Notes: a model not told the origin generated them from the letters alone. 64,000 nucleotides of DNA from Planctomycetota bacterium (GCA_016872595.1 VGZJ01000001.1:5117-69116); one strand, 5' to 3'. Counted from the stretch's first letter, positions 24,802 through 36,748 are shown. Translations and numbers: made by a program.

Positions 24802-25083
24802 GTTGCAACCTTTCTGAGAAGTGGCCGGGCCGATGGGGTGTCGCGCTTCTCAGTTCGCGTCAGCCCCACCGGTGAACCGGCCAAAGGCGGTTGAAGTATA
24901 CCCGGCGCTCGCGCCGCGCGCGAGGCCGGTTGTTCAGGTTCTTCCGAATCGCACCGACCGAACGGCACCTTAACCGGAACGCACACGCGGTCGGACAGAG
25001 TAGCGGGCGCGTGAAACTAACTCTGTCTCGATGCCTGACTGCTCCCGGTGCGGGCGCTGTTCTTCGGCACGGTTCGGAAGAAC

Positions 25084-25440
25084 CTACGACGACGGCGGGG
25101 CGAACAGGCTCGGCAGGTCGAGCGGCGCTGCCGGGTGGATACGGTCCCAACGGGCATCGCCCTCGACACAAAGCAGCGTGTTCCCCGCCGGAATTCGTGC
25201 AGCATATTGCAGTTCGACAACTCGCCCCGTGTCGCCGTCGCACCCGTACCAGCGCCGGCCAGTCAGCAGGGCGCGAATCCCGGTGTGGAGAACGCGCAGC
25301 GCGGGAACGAGGTCCGCGGCGGGGTCGCGGTCGAACACCAGCGCCCCGTCCTCGACGGTCGGCCCGCACTCCCCGACGAGCGCGAGCAGTTCCGCCGCGG
25401 TGGTCGGTGCGCGCGTTCGCACTTCGTCACCGGTGCTCAT
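25084..25440 (-). CDS. hypothetical protein (element-encoded)
   Basis: 118-aa ORF with good GC3 bias. Its ATG overlaps the TGA of the upstream replication gene (ATGA at 25437-25440). Confidence 0.55.
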   Translation of the reverse strand: MSTGDEVRTRAPTTAAELLALVGECGPTVEDGALVFDRDPAADLVPALRVLHTGIRALLTGRRWYGCDGDTGRVVELQYAARIPAGNTLLCVEGDARWDRIHPAAPLDLPSLFAPPSS

Positions 25441-28097
25441 CGGTCCCCCGTATCGCGGAATTCGTGCGGCCGGTCGTCGTTACTGAACCGTGTTCGCGCC
25501 TTCTCGTTCGGGGTGATCCCATCACCAGCATCACCAGCATCACCGGACGGAACCGTTCCCCCGCCCGGTGATGCCGGTGATGCTGGTGATGCTGGTGATG
25601 GTTGCGGCTGGTCAGCGGGAACCGCGGAGCGGACGTACCAGCGCACCGAGTTATCCGCGCTGACGGTTTGTTTCCGGTCAATCATGCGACCGTTAAAGTT
25701 GCGCCGGGCGAAGTGCCGGAACCTGTATCCGAGTGCGCGGCTGTCAACCTTCCCGCACAACTCCTCGACGGCGGCGCGCAAATCGGGCAACCACGCGGGG
25801 GGAGGGTCGGCCGGTTTGCGAATGGCGTCGATGATCTCGCCCGTCGTCACCCCGCGGCACTCGGAGTCCATCCGTTCGAGCGTGTCGAGCAGCGCGGACA
25901 TGGCGAGCGCTTCGCAATCCGCCGCGGACTGGAGCGCCAGTCGCGTTTCGCCGGGGTCGGGCAGGCCCGCGAACACGAGCACTTCGCGCACGACAGCGGA
26001 CCACCCCTCGAACGACCCCCACGGCGTCAGCCCGTGCGTTGGCTTCCCGGCAACCACCCAACCGCGAAGGATCGTGAGCGCCGCGGAGAGCAGCGCGCCG
26101 CGGTTGGCGCGGACGTGTGCCCGGAGGTCCGGGTACTTGAAACCGGTTTTCATCTCCGGCCGTTCGTCGGGCGATTCCATGCGGCAGTGGCACACGCGGC
26201 GGGAAGTGTCGCCGTGCAGTTGGACGTTGTTTCCGGTCGCGAACCAAGTGACGTGAAGGGGGCCGTCGTACACGCGGTTCCCACCCAAGAGCCGATCCTT
26301 CCAACGGTCGGCGGTCAGCGCGGCGTCAAAAACGTCGTTCCCGACCGCGCCCGCGAGGTTGTCGAGAAGAACCATGCGGTCCCCCTCGACGGCCAGCGTC
26401 GTGATGCGCTTCCGCAGCTCGTCGCGGTCGGACGTGTACGACATGACCGGGAACCGGCGGCCGGTGACGGTCAGGGCGAGCACGTCCGCGAGCAGCCCCT
26501 TCCCCGCCGCGCGCACGTTCGCGTCCATCAGGAACAGCGGCGCGGGACCGGAGAAGGCGAACCAAGCGAGCGGGGTGAGCAGCCCCGCGAACCATGCCGA
26601 GCGGTGCGCCGGCGATTGGAACGGGAAGTCGGATACCACGTCCGACAGCACGTTTACCGCGGCAGCAACGTCGGCGCTCGTCGGTTTTTCGGGAACAGTT
26701 ATCTTCAGATCACCGGGGAGACAAACGAGCAGGCGCGAACCGCGGTCGTACCCGGACGCGGCGAGAATCTTCCCGTCGGGAAGCAACACGGGATGCGGAA
26801 CGACGGCTTCCAGACGGCGCACGGAAGACCAATCCTTCCGCGCCCCGACCGCGGCGACGCACCAATCCGGCGGGTGCGCGGAAACCAATTTCGCGTCCCC
26901 GCCCGAACCGCGCCACTGCATCCACGCAGCGCACCACGTCAAGCGCTCCCGCAACAGCGGGTTCGGCAGTTCGCGAATAACGGGCATGGCATCGGGACGC
27001 CTGATGAGCGCTGAGGAATCGTCCTCTGTCTGCGCTTCGGTGACGTGAACCAACATCCCGCCGCGCTGGTACAGGTCGGGATCGCGCGCGAGGGCGCGAA
27101 TCGCTTCCGCGTTAACGCGATACTCGTCGGTGCCAATCACGATTTGCGGTGCAACGTTCTTCGGATCGGCGAGCGGTTCGTCCGGCGGTTCGACCGTCAC
27201 GGCGTTCGCGGTCAGGAGGGCGCGCAGCTCGTCGCCGCGCTGGTTCCACGGCACCGCGGCGCGCGCCGGGTCGGTCAACCAGTCGCGCACGTCCTTCGCG
27301 GATTCGGGCGGCAGCGCCCAGCGCACCGGACGGCGGAGCGCCTTCGCTAACGCGGTCGCGACCGAAATCGCCCCCGTGCGCCCCGGCCACTCGCCGCTGT
27401 CTTTCCGGTCGTTCTCCCCGACGATGATGATTTCCCGGCCCGCGTCGAGGTCGCGGAACAGTTCGGCCAGCAGCGCCGCACCGCCGGAGTTCGACGGCCT
27501 ACCGACGGCAGCGAGGCCCGCCGCGGTGAGCGCCGCGGTATCGGTCGGCCCCTCGACCGGAAACACAGCGCCGGAGCGCTCGCGCCACCCGGTCGGCAGC
27601 GTAAGCCCCTGCTTGCCGATCCTCGCTTTGTTGGTCGGCTTGCCTCCTTTGATCGACACGCGCTTACCCCAGCGCCGGAGCAGCCCGACGACGTTCCCGG
27701 CCGCGTCGCACTCCGCGAACGTGTAGCAAGCGCCGTGCGATTCGTCCGGGTTGAAGCCGAGCAACGGAAGCGCGTCGAGGGCATCGGCCGAGAGCTTCAA
27801 CTCCGCGGCGAGCTTGTGCCGACGGTCGGCGTCGAGGTTCGCGGCGAACTTCGCGGCGCGCGCCCGCCAGTCGGTGCCCGCGCCGGACGGCTTCTTCTTC
27901 GCTGACGGGTTCGGCGCAGATCCGTCGAGCCGGTGAAGCCAACCGGCTTCGCCGCACTTCTTCGCGCTCTCGACGCGCTGGCAGATCGCGGCGGAACCGT
28001 CCGGCGCGACGAGACACCAATCGGGTTTCTTGCACACCGGGCAGGGGTTCGACGCGCTGACGGCGCGCATTCCCTTCCCGTTCGAGTCGGTTATCAT
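25437..28097 (-). CDS. replication protein: Zn-finger + Toprim primase domain fused to a P-loop NTPase (P4/D5-like helicase) region
   Basis: CPVCKKPDWC..ICQR zinc motif. Toprim-like VEGPTDTAAL ... IIIVGENDRKDSG. Later a Walker-A-like ANVRAAGKGLL and a Walker-B-like MVLLDNL. 886 aa. Confidence 0.8.
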   Translation of the reverse strand: MITDSNGKGMRAVSASNPCPVCKKPDWCLVAPDGSAAICQRVESAKKCGEAGWLHRLDGSAPNPSAKKKPSGAGTDWRARAAKFAANLDADRRHKLAAELKLSADALDALPLLGFNPDESHGACYTFAECDAAGNVVGLLRRWGKRVSIKGGKPTNKARIGKQGLTLPTGWRERSGAVFPVEGPTDTAALTAAGLAAVGRPSNSGGAALLAELFRDLDAGREIIIVGENDRKDSGEWPGRTGAISVATALAKALRRPVRWALPPESAKDVRDWLTDPARAAVPWNQRGDELRALLTANAVTVEPPDEPLADPKNVAPQIVIGTDEYRVNAEAIRALARDPDLYQRGGMLVHVTEAQTEDDSSALIRRPDAMPVIRELPNPLLRERLTWCAAWMQWRGSGGDAKLVSAHPPDWCVAAVGARKDWSSVRRLEAVVPHPVLLPDGKILAASGYDRGSRLLVCLPGDLKITVPEKPTSADVAAAVNVLSDVVSDFPFQSPAHRSAWFAGLLTPLAWFAFSGPAPLFLMDANVRAAGKGLLADVLALTVTGRRFPVMSYTSDRDELRKRITTLAVEGDRMVLLDNLAGAVGNDVFDAALTADRWKDRLLGGNRVYDGPLHVTWFATGNNVQLHGDTSRRVCHCRMESPDERPEMKTGFKYPDLRAHVRANRGALLSAALTILRGWVVAGKPTHGLTPWGSFEGWSAVVREVLVFAGLPDPGETRLALQSAADCEALAMSALLDTLERMDSECRGVTTGEIIDAIRKPADPPPAWLPDLRAAVEELCGKVDSRALGYRFRHFARRNFNGRMIDRKQTVSADNSVRWYVRSAVPADQPQPSPASPASPASPGGGTVPSGDAGDAGDGITPNEKARTRFSNDDRPHEFRDTGDR
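25512..25601. repeat. inverted arrays of 9-bp repeats (iteron-like) inside the 3' end of the replication gene
   Basis: CCATCACCAGCATCACCAGCATCACCGG (25519-25546) is the exact reverse complement of CCGGTGATGCTGGTGATGCTGGTGATGG (25574-25601). There are extra GGTGAT units at 25512 and 25567, and a GGAACCGTTCC palindrome between the arms. Confidence 0.8.
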
Positions 28098-28173
28098 GGT
28101 TATGTGTTGTGTTCGAGTGACAGCCCATTGTCACCGCGTCGGGTCGGCCTGCCGGGGCCGACCCGTCCGCGTT

Positions 28174-28428
28174 TCAGTGGGCGGAGGGTTCGGAACCGGT
28201 TTCGACCACAGCTTTGCCTTCGGCCCGCGCGAGCAGCCACGCGGAGAGTTTGGCGCGGTGGTACAGCACGCGCCGACCGATCTTCACGCGGCCGACGGGT
28301 TCGCCGGCGTCGGCCAACCGGCCGAGCGTCTTCGCGGAGAGATTGGTCAGCCGCGCGGCTTCGTTTTGGTCAACAGTGAGGGTGTCGAGGGCCGCGGGCG
28401 GCGCGACGGGGAGCAGGTCAGCGCGCAT
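28174..28428 (-). CDS. excisionase-family (MerR/AlpA-like) helix-turn-helix DNA-binding protein
   Basis: LTVDQNEAARLTNLSAKTLGRLADAGEPVGRVKIGRRVLYHRAKLSAWL matches the excisionase-type HTH pattern. Confidence 0.8.
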   Translation of the reverse strand: MRADLLPVAPPAALDTLTVDQNEAARLTNLSAKTLGRLADAGEPVGRVKIGRRVLYHRAKLSAWLLARAEGKAVVETGSEPSAH

Positions 28429-28648
28429 CGGCCACCCCCTCCCGCTTCGCGGGCGCGCGGGCGGTCAGTTCGTCGCCGAACGCAATGTGGATACCCAGCG
28501 TGTTCAGTTTGCGCCGGGTGACACACTCCAGCGCGCGGTCCTTACTGCGCCGGGCCGAGAACAGCACGGCGAGCAGATAGAGGGGACTGTCGGAGAGAAC
28601 GGGCGGCGGATTGGGTTGCAGACACGGTGGCACGGTCGCGGCTCGCAA
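28418..28648 (-). CDS. small hypothetical protein (element-encoded)
   Basis: 76-aa ORF overlapping the start of the excisionase-type gene by 11 nt. Moderate coding bias; no family recognised. Confidence 0.35.
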   Translation of the reverse strand: MRAATVPPCLQPNPPPVLSDSPLYLLAVLFSARRSKDRALECVTRRKLNTLGIHIAFGDELTARAPAKREGVADAR

Positions 28649-28751
28649 TCAGGTGAGGGCGTCCCATCGCGCCCCTTCACGAGATTGCGCCACGTCACGA
28701 AAAAAATGCGTGACGGCCTTGTTGTTCCAGCGAATCCTTTTCGCCGCGCCG

Positions 28752-30821
28752 TCATGACGAACCGTGACGGCGCTTGTAACGGCGCTCCTGTTCGGCCTCG
28801 TCTGCCTTCTGCTCCTCGATGAGCGCGGCGAGTTCGTCCGGTGTTTCGCAGTCCGCCGGGATGATGGCTTTCATGGTTTCGGTAAGCGGTACATCCCGCG
28901 CAACCGGCTTCTTGTTCGCGGTGCGGCGTGCGCAAAACGCTTTCCATGCGGAGGTATTGCTCACACCCCCGGCGCTGACGCCGGTTTCGGCGGATACGGT
29001 GTCTCGCGTAACCGCGTCGGGATCGTCCGCGGCGTGCTTCTCCAACCATTCGCGGACGCGAACTTCGGCCTCGTCGCGGGGAACGCCCTTCGCCTTCGAG
29101 TTTTCCGACGATTCCCCTTCGCCCGATTGCCGAGCGCCCGGAGTTGCGTCGGTTAGCGATTGCGTTCCCTTGTCCGGTTGGGAGTCGGTAGGCTTGTCCC
29201 CGTTGTCGTGTGGCGGGACAATCTGCCGCGCGCGAGTCGGTAATGCGTGAGGCGCGGATCCGTTCGCGGAAACGACGGTCGGGAGGATTTGCCAGTCAAT
29301 CGGCCACTTCGACCGTCGATTGGGGTCGGGAGTGACGAACCCACGAAGGTACAGTTCGTTCATCGCCTTGTCCGTCAATTCGGTCGCTTTGGTCCCGTCA
29401 GTGCATCCGGCGTCCATCAGTTCCTTGCGCAGAAGGATGTACGGCGCGTACAAGTGCCCGTCGCGGAATCGCTCCACAAGGTACTGTTTCAGGAGCGCGA
29501 CGGCCTCGGCGTTCGGTCCCGACGGTTCGCCTTCGCGCCTGCCGGTGGGACGCGCGCTCGTCGGCGGTGTGGTGGAGTGCCTCAGTTCGTGTAGCCGCGT
29601 ATCGATGCTGGTAGTCCAGTAAGCCTCCCGGTCGCTCGCGACCCCCTCGATAATGCACTCCCTGTCGTTCATCAGTTCCCGCGCGGTCTTAAGTACCGGA
29701 TCATATTCGGCGAATGGGATTCCGAACGCCGCGCACAGGTTGCGAGCATCGCAAAGCGCCTTTGACCAACGGGAAGCGGCTCGCTCCGTGAACGACCGCG
29801 AAACTTCGTGCTTGCAGTCTGGCTCGTCTTCCCAGTGAAGGTACTCGACGCCGTTTCGCACGTCGGTTCGCATCTTTCGACCCATCTCCGCGACCTTCTT
29901 TTGCCGCGCTTCCGTCAGATGGCGCGCGGCAACGTAGCCCGTGAACAGAATCCAGCTAATCACCTCGAACGGGTTCGCGTCGTCTGGCAGCGGGTCGGGT
30001 AATACAAAGTCGGGCCGCTGGTGTGCGTTCTCCACAGCGGCGAGTTCTTTGCGTGCCGTCGCGTCGGCCGGTTCCGTTTCCGGCGACGGCGCGAGCGGCG
30101 CGTTGCTACGCTCACACGCTTTCACACACTGCTCGACGATCTTGAACGCCGTGGTCGTCTCCTCGTGGTGTCCGGGGAGAGAAATCGGTTCCTTGATGTC
30201 GGACGTGTCCACGCCCTGCGCGACGCAGAAACGGTAAGCGCGGCGCGCGATGTCGGTCGCCGGCTTGTCGCCGAACGCCGCGAGCAGCGGATCCGTTACG
30301 GGTGGGTTGTGAAGAAGCATCCGCTTCAACTCGGCTTGCGCCCAGCGCAGCCACGTTAGAAGCGCGCGTTCGTCCGTCGGAGGCCGCGGTTCGGCATCTG
30401 GGGCCGGAACGGGCGCGCGGGCGTGATCGCTCTGTTGTTGGCGGGTTGGCAGTTCGACAAGTGCGGCGACCGGCGACGCGGCCGGTTCAACGGACTGCGC
30501 CGCGGTTACTTGGAGCGCGGCTTTCAATCGAGGCCAATCGCTGTGCAGCGGTGAACGGTCGTCCGCGGCAAGCGAGTTGAGGAACTGTTGAAGCTCGATG
30601 GTCAGCGAGCCGGCGCGGTTGCGTTGGATCAACTGGCGACACAGCGCTCCACCCGTCCGCGCGATCTCTGCGCGGAGTTCCTCTTTTCGCTCGGCGGTCG
30701 TTCCCTTCGCTGGCTTCGGGGGAGAATAGACCCAAGACACCACGCCGTCGTAGAATTCGCGATTGAACGCATCGACGGCCGGAATGAACGCGGCGACCGC
30801 CGCGGAAAGCGTGTCGGGCAT
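28752..30821 (-). CDS. large hypothetical protein (689 aa, element-encoded)
   Basis: Long ORF with consistent coding bias. Start set at MPDTLSAAVAAF (ATG 30821). No motif recognised apart from a possible HTH near the C-terminus (VTRDTVSAETGVSAGGVSNTSAWKAF). Confidence 0.75.
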   Translation of the reverse strand: MPDTLSAAVAAFIPAVDAFNREFYDGVVSWVYSPPKPAKGTTAERKEELRAEIARTGGALCRQLIQRNRAGSLTIELQQFLNSLAADDRSPLHSDWPRLKAALQVTAAQSVEPAASPVAALVELPTRQQQSDHARAPVPAPDAEPRPPTDERALLTWLRWAQAELKRMLLHNPPVTDPLLAAFGDKPATDIARRAYRFCVAQGVDTSDIKEPISLPGHHEETTTAFKIVEQCVKACERSNAPLAPSPETEPADATARKELAAVENAHQRPDFVLPDPLPDDANPFEVISWILFTGYVAARHLTEARQKKVAEMGRKMRTDVRNGVEYLHWEDEPDCKHEVSRSFTERAASRWSKALCDARNLCAAFGIPFAEYDPVLKTARELMNDRECIIEGVASDREAYWTTSIDTRLHELRHSTTPPTSARPTGRREGEPSGPNAEAVALLKQYLVERFRDGHLYAPYILLRKELMDAGCTDGTKATELTDKAMNELYLRGFVTPDPNRRSKWPIDWQILPTVVSANGSAPHALPTRARQIVPPHDNGDKPTDSQPDKGTQSLTDATPGARQSGEGESSENSKAKGVPRDEAEVRVREWLEKHAADDPDAVTRDTVSAETGVSAGGVSNTSAWKAFCARRTANKKPVARDVPLTETMKAIIPADCETPDELAALIEEQKADEAEQERRYKRRHGSS

Positions 30822-31085
30822 TTTGCACCTATGGAGCTTGCCGGGCCGGTCGCGCTGGTCCCGGTAGGTGCGACCGGCACCAGCGCAACCGCGTTGAACC
30901 CGTTGGCCCGTCGGCCAACCGGCTACCCGACAGATGAAGTGTACATTCAATCACTAAATTCGTTCAAGCCGAACGCGGCAGAAACGGGTCGGGATTTCGC
31001 CAAAAAATGTGCGTCAGTTCGCCAGCGGTGTGCGCGCCGGTCGCGCGGACTTTTCCGCCCCGCCCGGCTTCCAATCGCGCCTTTT

Positions 31086-31649
31086 CTAGGTGTCACCTTT
31101 TTGGGGTTCTGGCGAAGTGGGCGGCACGGGTTCGTCTGCGGGCGACATGAGCGCGAGGCGCTTCCGCACCGTGTCGAGGTGATCGTTGTAAGCGGGTAAG
31201 TCCTTGCCAGATTCGATCAAGCGATCCAGTTCCGACGGGACGTTCTCGCGCTCACGCTTGACCACTTCCCGAACGTACTCGGCCGGGTCCGTCGGTTCGG
31301 TCGGGGCGAGCGGCAGGGGACCGGCCAGCTTCAGCACCGCGAGCGCGACGGTTAGGCGATCCGATTCGTCGGCTTCGTCGAGGGCCGCGGCGAGGGCGTC
31401 GATTGCCTTCGGAACGAGTGCCCGCAGCCGGTTCGCGGCCGCGCCCCAGATGTCGGCGCGACGCACCGCGAGCGCGGCGCGGAACTCCGGCGAGTACAGA
31501 CGCCAGCGCGTCACGCTGACGCGATTGATCTTCAGCAACTCCGCTGTTTCGGTGTCGTTCTTCCCCGCGGCCAGCAGGTCAACGGCGCTCTGTTGCGTCA
31601 TGGTCAACCCGTCGGCGTGCGAGCGGGCGGACGGTTTCGCGCGTTTCAT
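31086..31649 (-). CDS. HTH-domain protein (terminase-small-subunit-like or regulator; uncertain)
   Basis: QQSAVDLLAAGKNDTETAELLKINRVSVTRWRLYSPEFRAAL is an HTH followed by helical and acidic regions. The start could be ATG 31649 or ATG 31601. Confidence 0.6.
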   Translation of the reverse strand: MKRAKPSARSHADGLTMTQQSAVDLLAAGKNDTETAELLKINRVSVTRWRLYSPEFRAALAVRRADIWGAAANRLRALVPKAIDALAAALDEADESDRLTVALAVLKLAGPLPLAPTEPTDPAEYVREVVKRERENVPSELDRLIESGKDLPAYNDHLDTVRKRLALMSPADEPVPPTSPEPQKGDT

Positions 31650-31856
31650 GCGTTCGTGCCGTTTTTTTAGGTGCGGGTTTAGCGGGTCGGGCCGGTGTGG
31701 GGACGTTAGCATTCGCCAGCATTCGCACCGCGGTTGCCTGCCGTTGGGGTGCCCTTCCGCCGCAAACGTGTAGCCGACCGTAGCCGAGCGTTCACGACGC
31801 GCCAACCGACCGCATTTTACCTCATCCGACTGTTCGGCGCTAGCTCGGTGCGGCGG

Positions 31857-32195
31857 TTACGTTTTGTCGGTCGGGGCGCGGCGGCGCGCGAACAGCCAGC
31901 AGATACCGGCCAGCGGGAGCAGCAACAGGACGAGGATGAGCAGGAAGTACAAACGCCCGCCGAAGAAGCGTTTGGGGAAGTCAACGAGGAATTCGCGCCA
32001 CGTTCCTTCGATCCAACCGAGTTGCATTGCGATGTAGGCGGCTACGAACGGAATCGCGAGGTAGAAGGGGAGCAGGTAGTAGTCCCGGCGACTCATTTTG
32101 TCGGCGGGTTGGGCGGGCTTGGCGGACGCGGGCCGGTGGACGCGGGCACGTTGGAGGCGCGCGGCTTCGTGGCGGGCTTTGCGGTTCGCGGACAC
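31857..32195 (-). CDS. small membrane protein (2 TM, hypothetical)
   Basis: YYLLPFYLAIPFVAAYIAMQLGW and LYFLLILVLLLLPLAGICWLF helices. An alternative start is ATG 32096. Confidence 0.5.
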   Translation of the reverse strand: MSANRKARHEAARLQRARVHRPASAKPAQPADKMSRRDYYLLPFYLAIPFVAAYIAMQLGWIEGTWREFLVDFPKRFFGGRLYFLLILVLLLLPLAGICWLFARRRAPTDKT

Positions 32196-32291
32196 GTTAC
32201 AGTTCCCCCGCGAAGGCGCGGTTCAGCACGCTCGGCCGCAGCGCGTCGAGTTCCGCCGCTGTCGCCGACTGCTCCGTTCGCACTTCGTCCT

Positions 32292-34821
<2,530 letters not shown>

Positions 34822-34844
<23 letters not shown>

Positions 34845-35262
34845 TCAGATCCATCGCTTTCACTTGGGACTCGATGTAGGCCTGCTCCTTACGAGTGATG
34901 CCGTACTTTTCGTACAGTGCCTCGTCCGTCCAAGTGCTGTTCCATGACTGCACCGGCACCCAATCGTATGTGGAGTGCAGTGCATCTTGCGTGATCTTCC
35001 GCAGCGAGGCAAGAAAGCGAAAGAACCGGGTCGTGTAGTATGACTGCAGGCTTTTCGCTGCCCGTTGTGAACTAACGTGGAAGAACAAGAATGACTGTGT
35101 GCATACTGAAGGCGACGGCGCGATCTGCGGTTTGCCCAGAATCTGGTGTGGTAATCCATCTCCACCATTAAATGCCTTCGGAACAAGAACCTTCCAAGAG
35201 TCAATCAGATGGACGTTCTTAGTTACCACGCTGCGCTTTGTGTAGCCTACACCCCGTTTCAT
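34822..35262 (-). pseudogene. C-terminal remnant of a DNA-methyltransferase-like (R-M associated) gene
   Basis: ..HLIDSWKVLVPKAFNGGDGLPHQILGKPQIAPSPSVCTQSF...WTDEALYEKYGITRKEQAYIESQVKAMD resembles the C-terminal parts of adenine-methyltransferase/R-M proteins (from memory). No catalytic N-terminal half is present. Visibly lower GC. Its stop overlaps the helicase start region. Confidence 0.45.
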
Positions 35263-36437
35263 CTTGCGGATGTAGTACAGAGTACAGCCTGCCGACCGAA
35301 GCGCAATGGGAATACGCGTGTCGAGGCGGGCCCACGGAGAACAAGCTGGACTACGGTTTCGACTACTATTTGGATCGGCCGTCGAACACGTTGTTGCCGG
35401 AGCAGGCGAACTTTGACAATAAGCTGGGACGAACGTGCAAAGTGGGTTCTTATTTCCCGAACAAGTTGGGTTTGTTTGACATGCACGGCAACGTGTGGGA
35501 GTGGTGCGTGGATGAATTGAAAGATGACAAAGGGGATCCGCAGCGCGTGCATCGGGGTGGCGCCTGGCACAACGGGAGGGAAATCCGGGCGTTGTCGCGC
35601 AGCCACAGGTACCCGCCGTCATTCCAGAGCATCCACCTGGGCCTGCGCCTGGCCCGAGTTCCCGTTGGCAAAGACATCACGAAGGAAAAGCCGCCGGCGA
35701 AGAAAGCGGACTTCACCAACAGCCTCGGGATGGAGTTCGTGAAGGTGCCCAAGGGGACGGGGTGGCTCGGCGGCGGGAACGGCAAGCAAGGCGAAACGAA
35801 GGTCGTGATCGAGCAGGATTTCTACCTCGGCAAGTACGAGGTGACGCAGGAGGAATGGGAAAAGGTGATGGGGGTGAACCCGAGTGTATTCAAGCGCGAG
35901 AACGATGTGGTGAAGGGCATCCCGGACGCGGAGTTGAAGCGGTTCCCGGTCGAGAATGTGTCGTGGGACGACTGTCAGTTGTTCATCAAGAAGTTGAACG
36001 AGCGGGAGAAGGATTCGGGCTGGGTGTACCGGTTGCCGAAGGAGTCGGAGTGGGAGTACGCGTGTCGGGGCGGTCCGGTGGACAAACTCGACAGCGCGTT
36101 CGACTACTACTTCGCGAAGCCGACGAACACGCTGCTGCCCGATCAGGCGAACTTCGCCACACAGACCGACAAGGCGTTGAAGCTCACGTGCAAGGTGGGC
36201 TTATACGAGGCGAATAGACTTGGATTGCATGATCTGCATGGAAACGTGCGCGAGTGGTGTGACGACCCCGCGACCGGGGCCGATGGGGCCTCGTACCGGG
36301 TGTACCGGGGCAGTTGCTGGCTCAGCCGCGGCGGGGTCTGCCGGGCGGCGTACCGTTCCTCGAGCCCGCCGTCGTACCGGTACTACGCCCTCGGCTTGCG
36401 TCTTGCCCGAGTTCCGTCGGCCCCGTCGGGCAAGTGA
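35238..36437 (+). CDS. FGE/SUMF1-domain protein: N-terminally truncated first domain plus a complete second domain
   Basis: Homology starts abruptly at YSLPTEAQWEYACRGG (about 35283), i.e. mid-domain, followed by HGNVWEWC..RGGAW..GLRLARVP. Then comes a full second copy (FVKVPKG..YLGKYEVTQEEW..VSWDDCQ..RLPKESEWEYACRGG..HGNVREWC..GLRLARVP). The only start is TTG 35238. Confidence 0.75.
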   Translation: MCSLHPVSSCGCSTEYSLPTEAQWEYACRGGPTENKLDYGFDYYLDRPSNTLLPEQANFDNKLGRTCKVGSYFPNKLGLFDMHGNVWEWCVDELKDDKGDPQRVHRGGAWHNGREIRALSRSHRYPPSFQSIHLGLRLARVPVGKDITKEKPPAKKADFTNSLGMEFVKVPKGTGWLGGGNGKQGETKVVIEQDFYLGKYEVTQEEWEKVMGVNPSVFKRENDVVKGIPDAELKRFPVENVSWDDCQLFIKKLNEREKDSGWVYRLPKESEWEYACRGGPVDKLDSAFDYYFAKPTNTLLPDQANFATQTDKALKLTCKVGLYEANRLGLHDLHGNVREWCDDPATGADGASYRVYRGSCWLSRGGVCRAAYRSSSPPSYRYYALGLRLARVPSAPSGK

Positions 36438-36537
36438 TGTTGTCTGTGACGGGCCACCGAATCGCCGGGCTGAGTCGCAGATACGATGCGAGCTTCCCAC
36501 CTGCGGCGCGTGCTGCGGGCGAGTGCGCTGCTGGCCC

Positions 36538-36566
36538 GTGAAAATCCCCCTTTGGTCGCTTTTCAC
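36538..36566 (+). terminator. hairpin downstream of the FGE-domain gene
   Basis: GTGAAAA (36538-36544) pairs with TTTTCAC (36560-36566), with a 15-nt loop. Confidence 0.35.
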
Positions 36567-36748
36567 ACGTAGTAAGTTGAACCTTCCCAATACGTTCAGT
36601 CAACCGGCGCGCGCTGTACAACTTCCGTGCTTGGCACCGGGGGCAGGACAAGGTAGAAATGGTAAGGCCGCTGGAATCGGCCCTTCGCCCGCCCCACGGA
36701 CCCGGCACACGGACGCGCCCGGGGACCGACGTTGTGAGGACACAACCC

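Noticed and set aside
35200-36660. Search for attR (a second copy of the tRNA-Glu 3' end) at the right side of the element
   Set aside because: Only 7-8 nt partial matches were seen by eye (e.g. ACGTCCATCTGA on the minus strand near 35210, CGTTCAG near 36595), in the wrong orientation or order. This is not convincing without a proper alignment.
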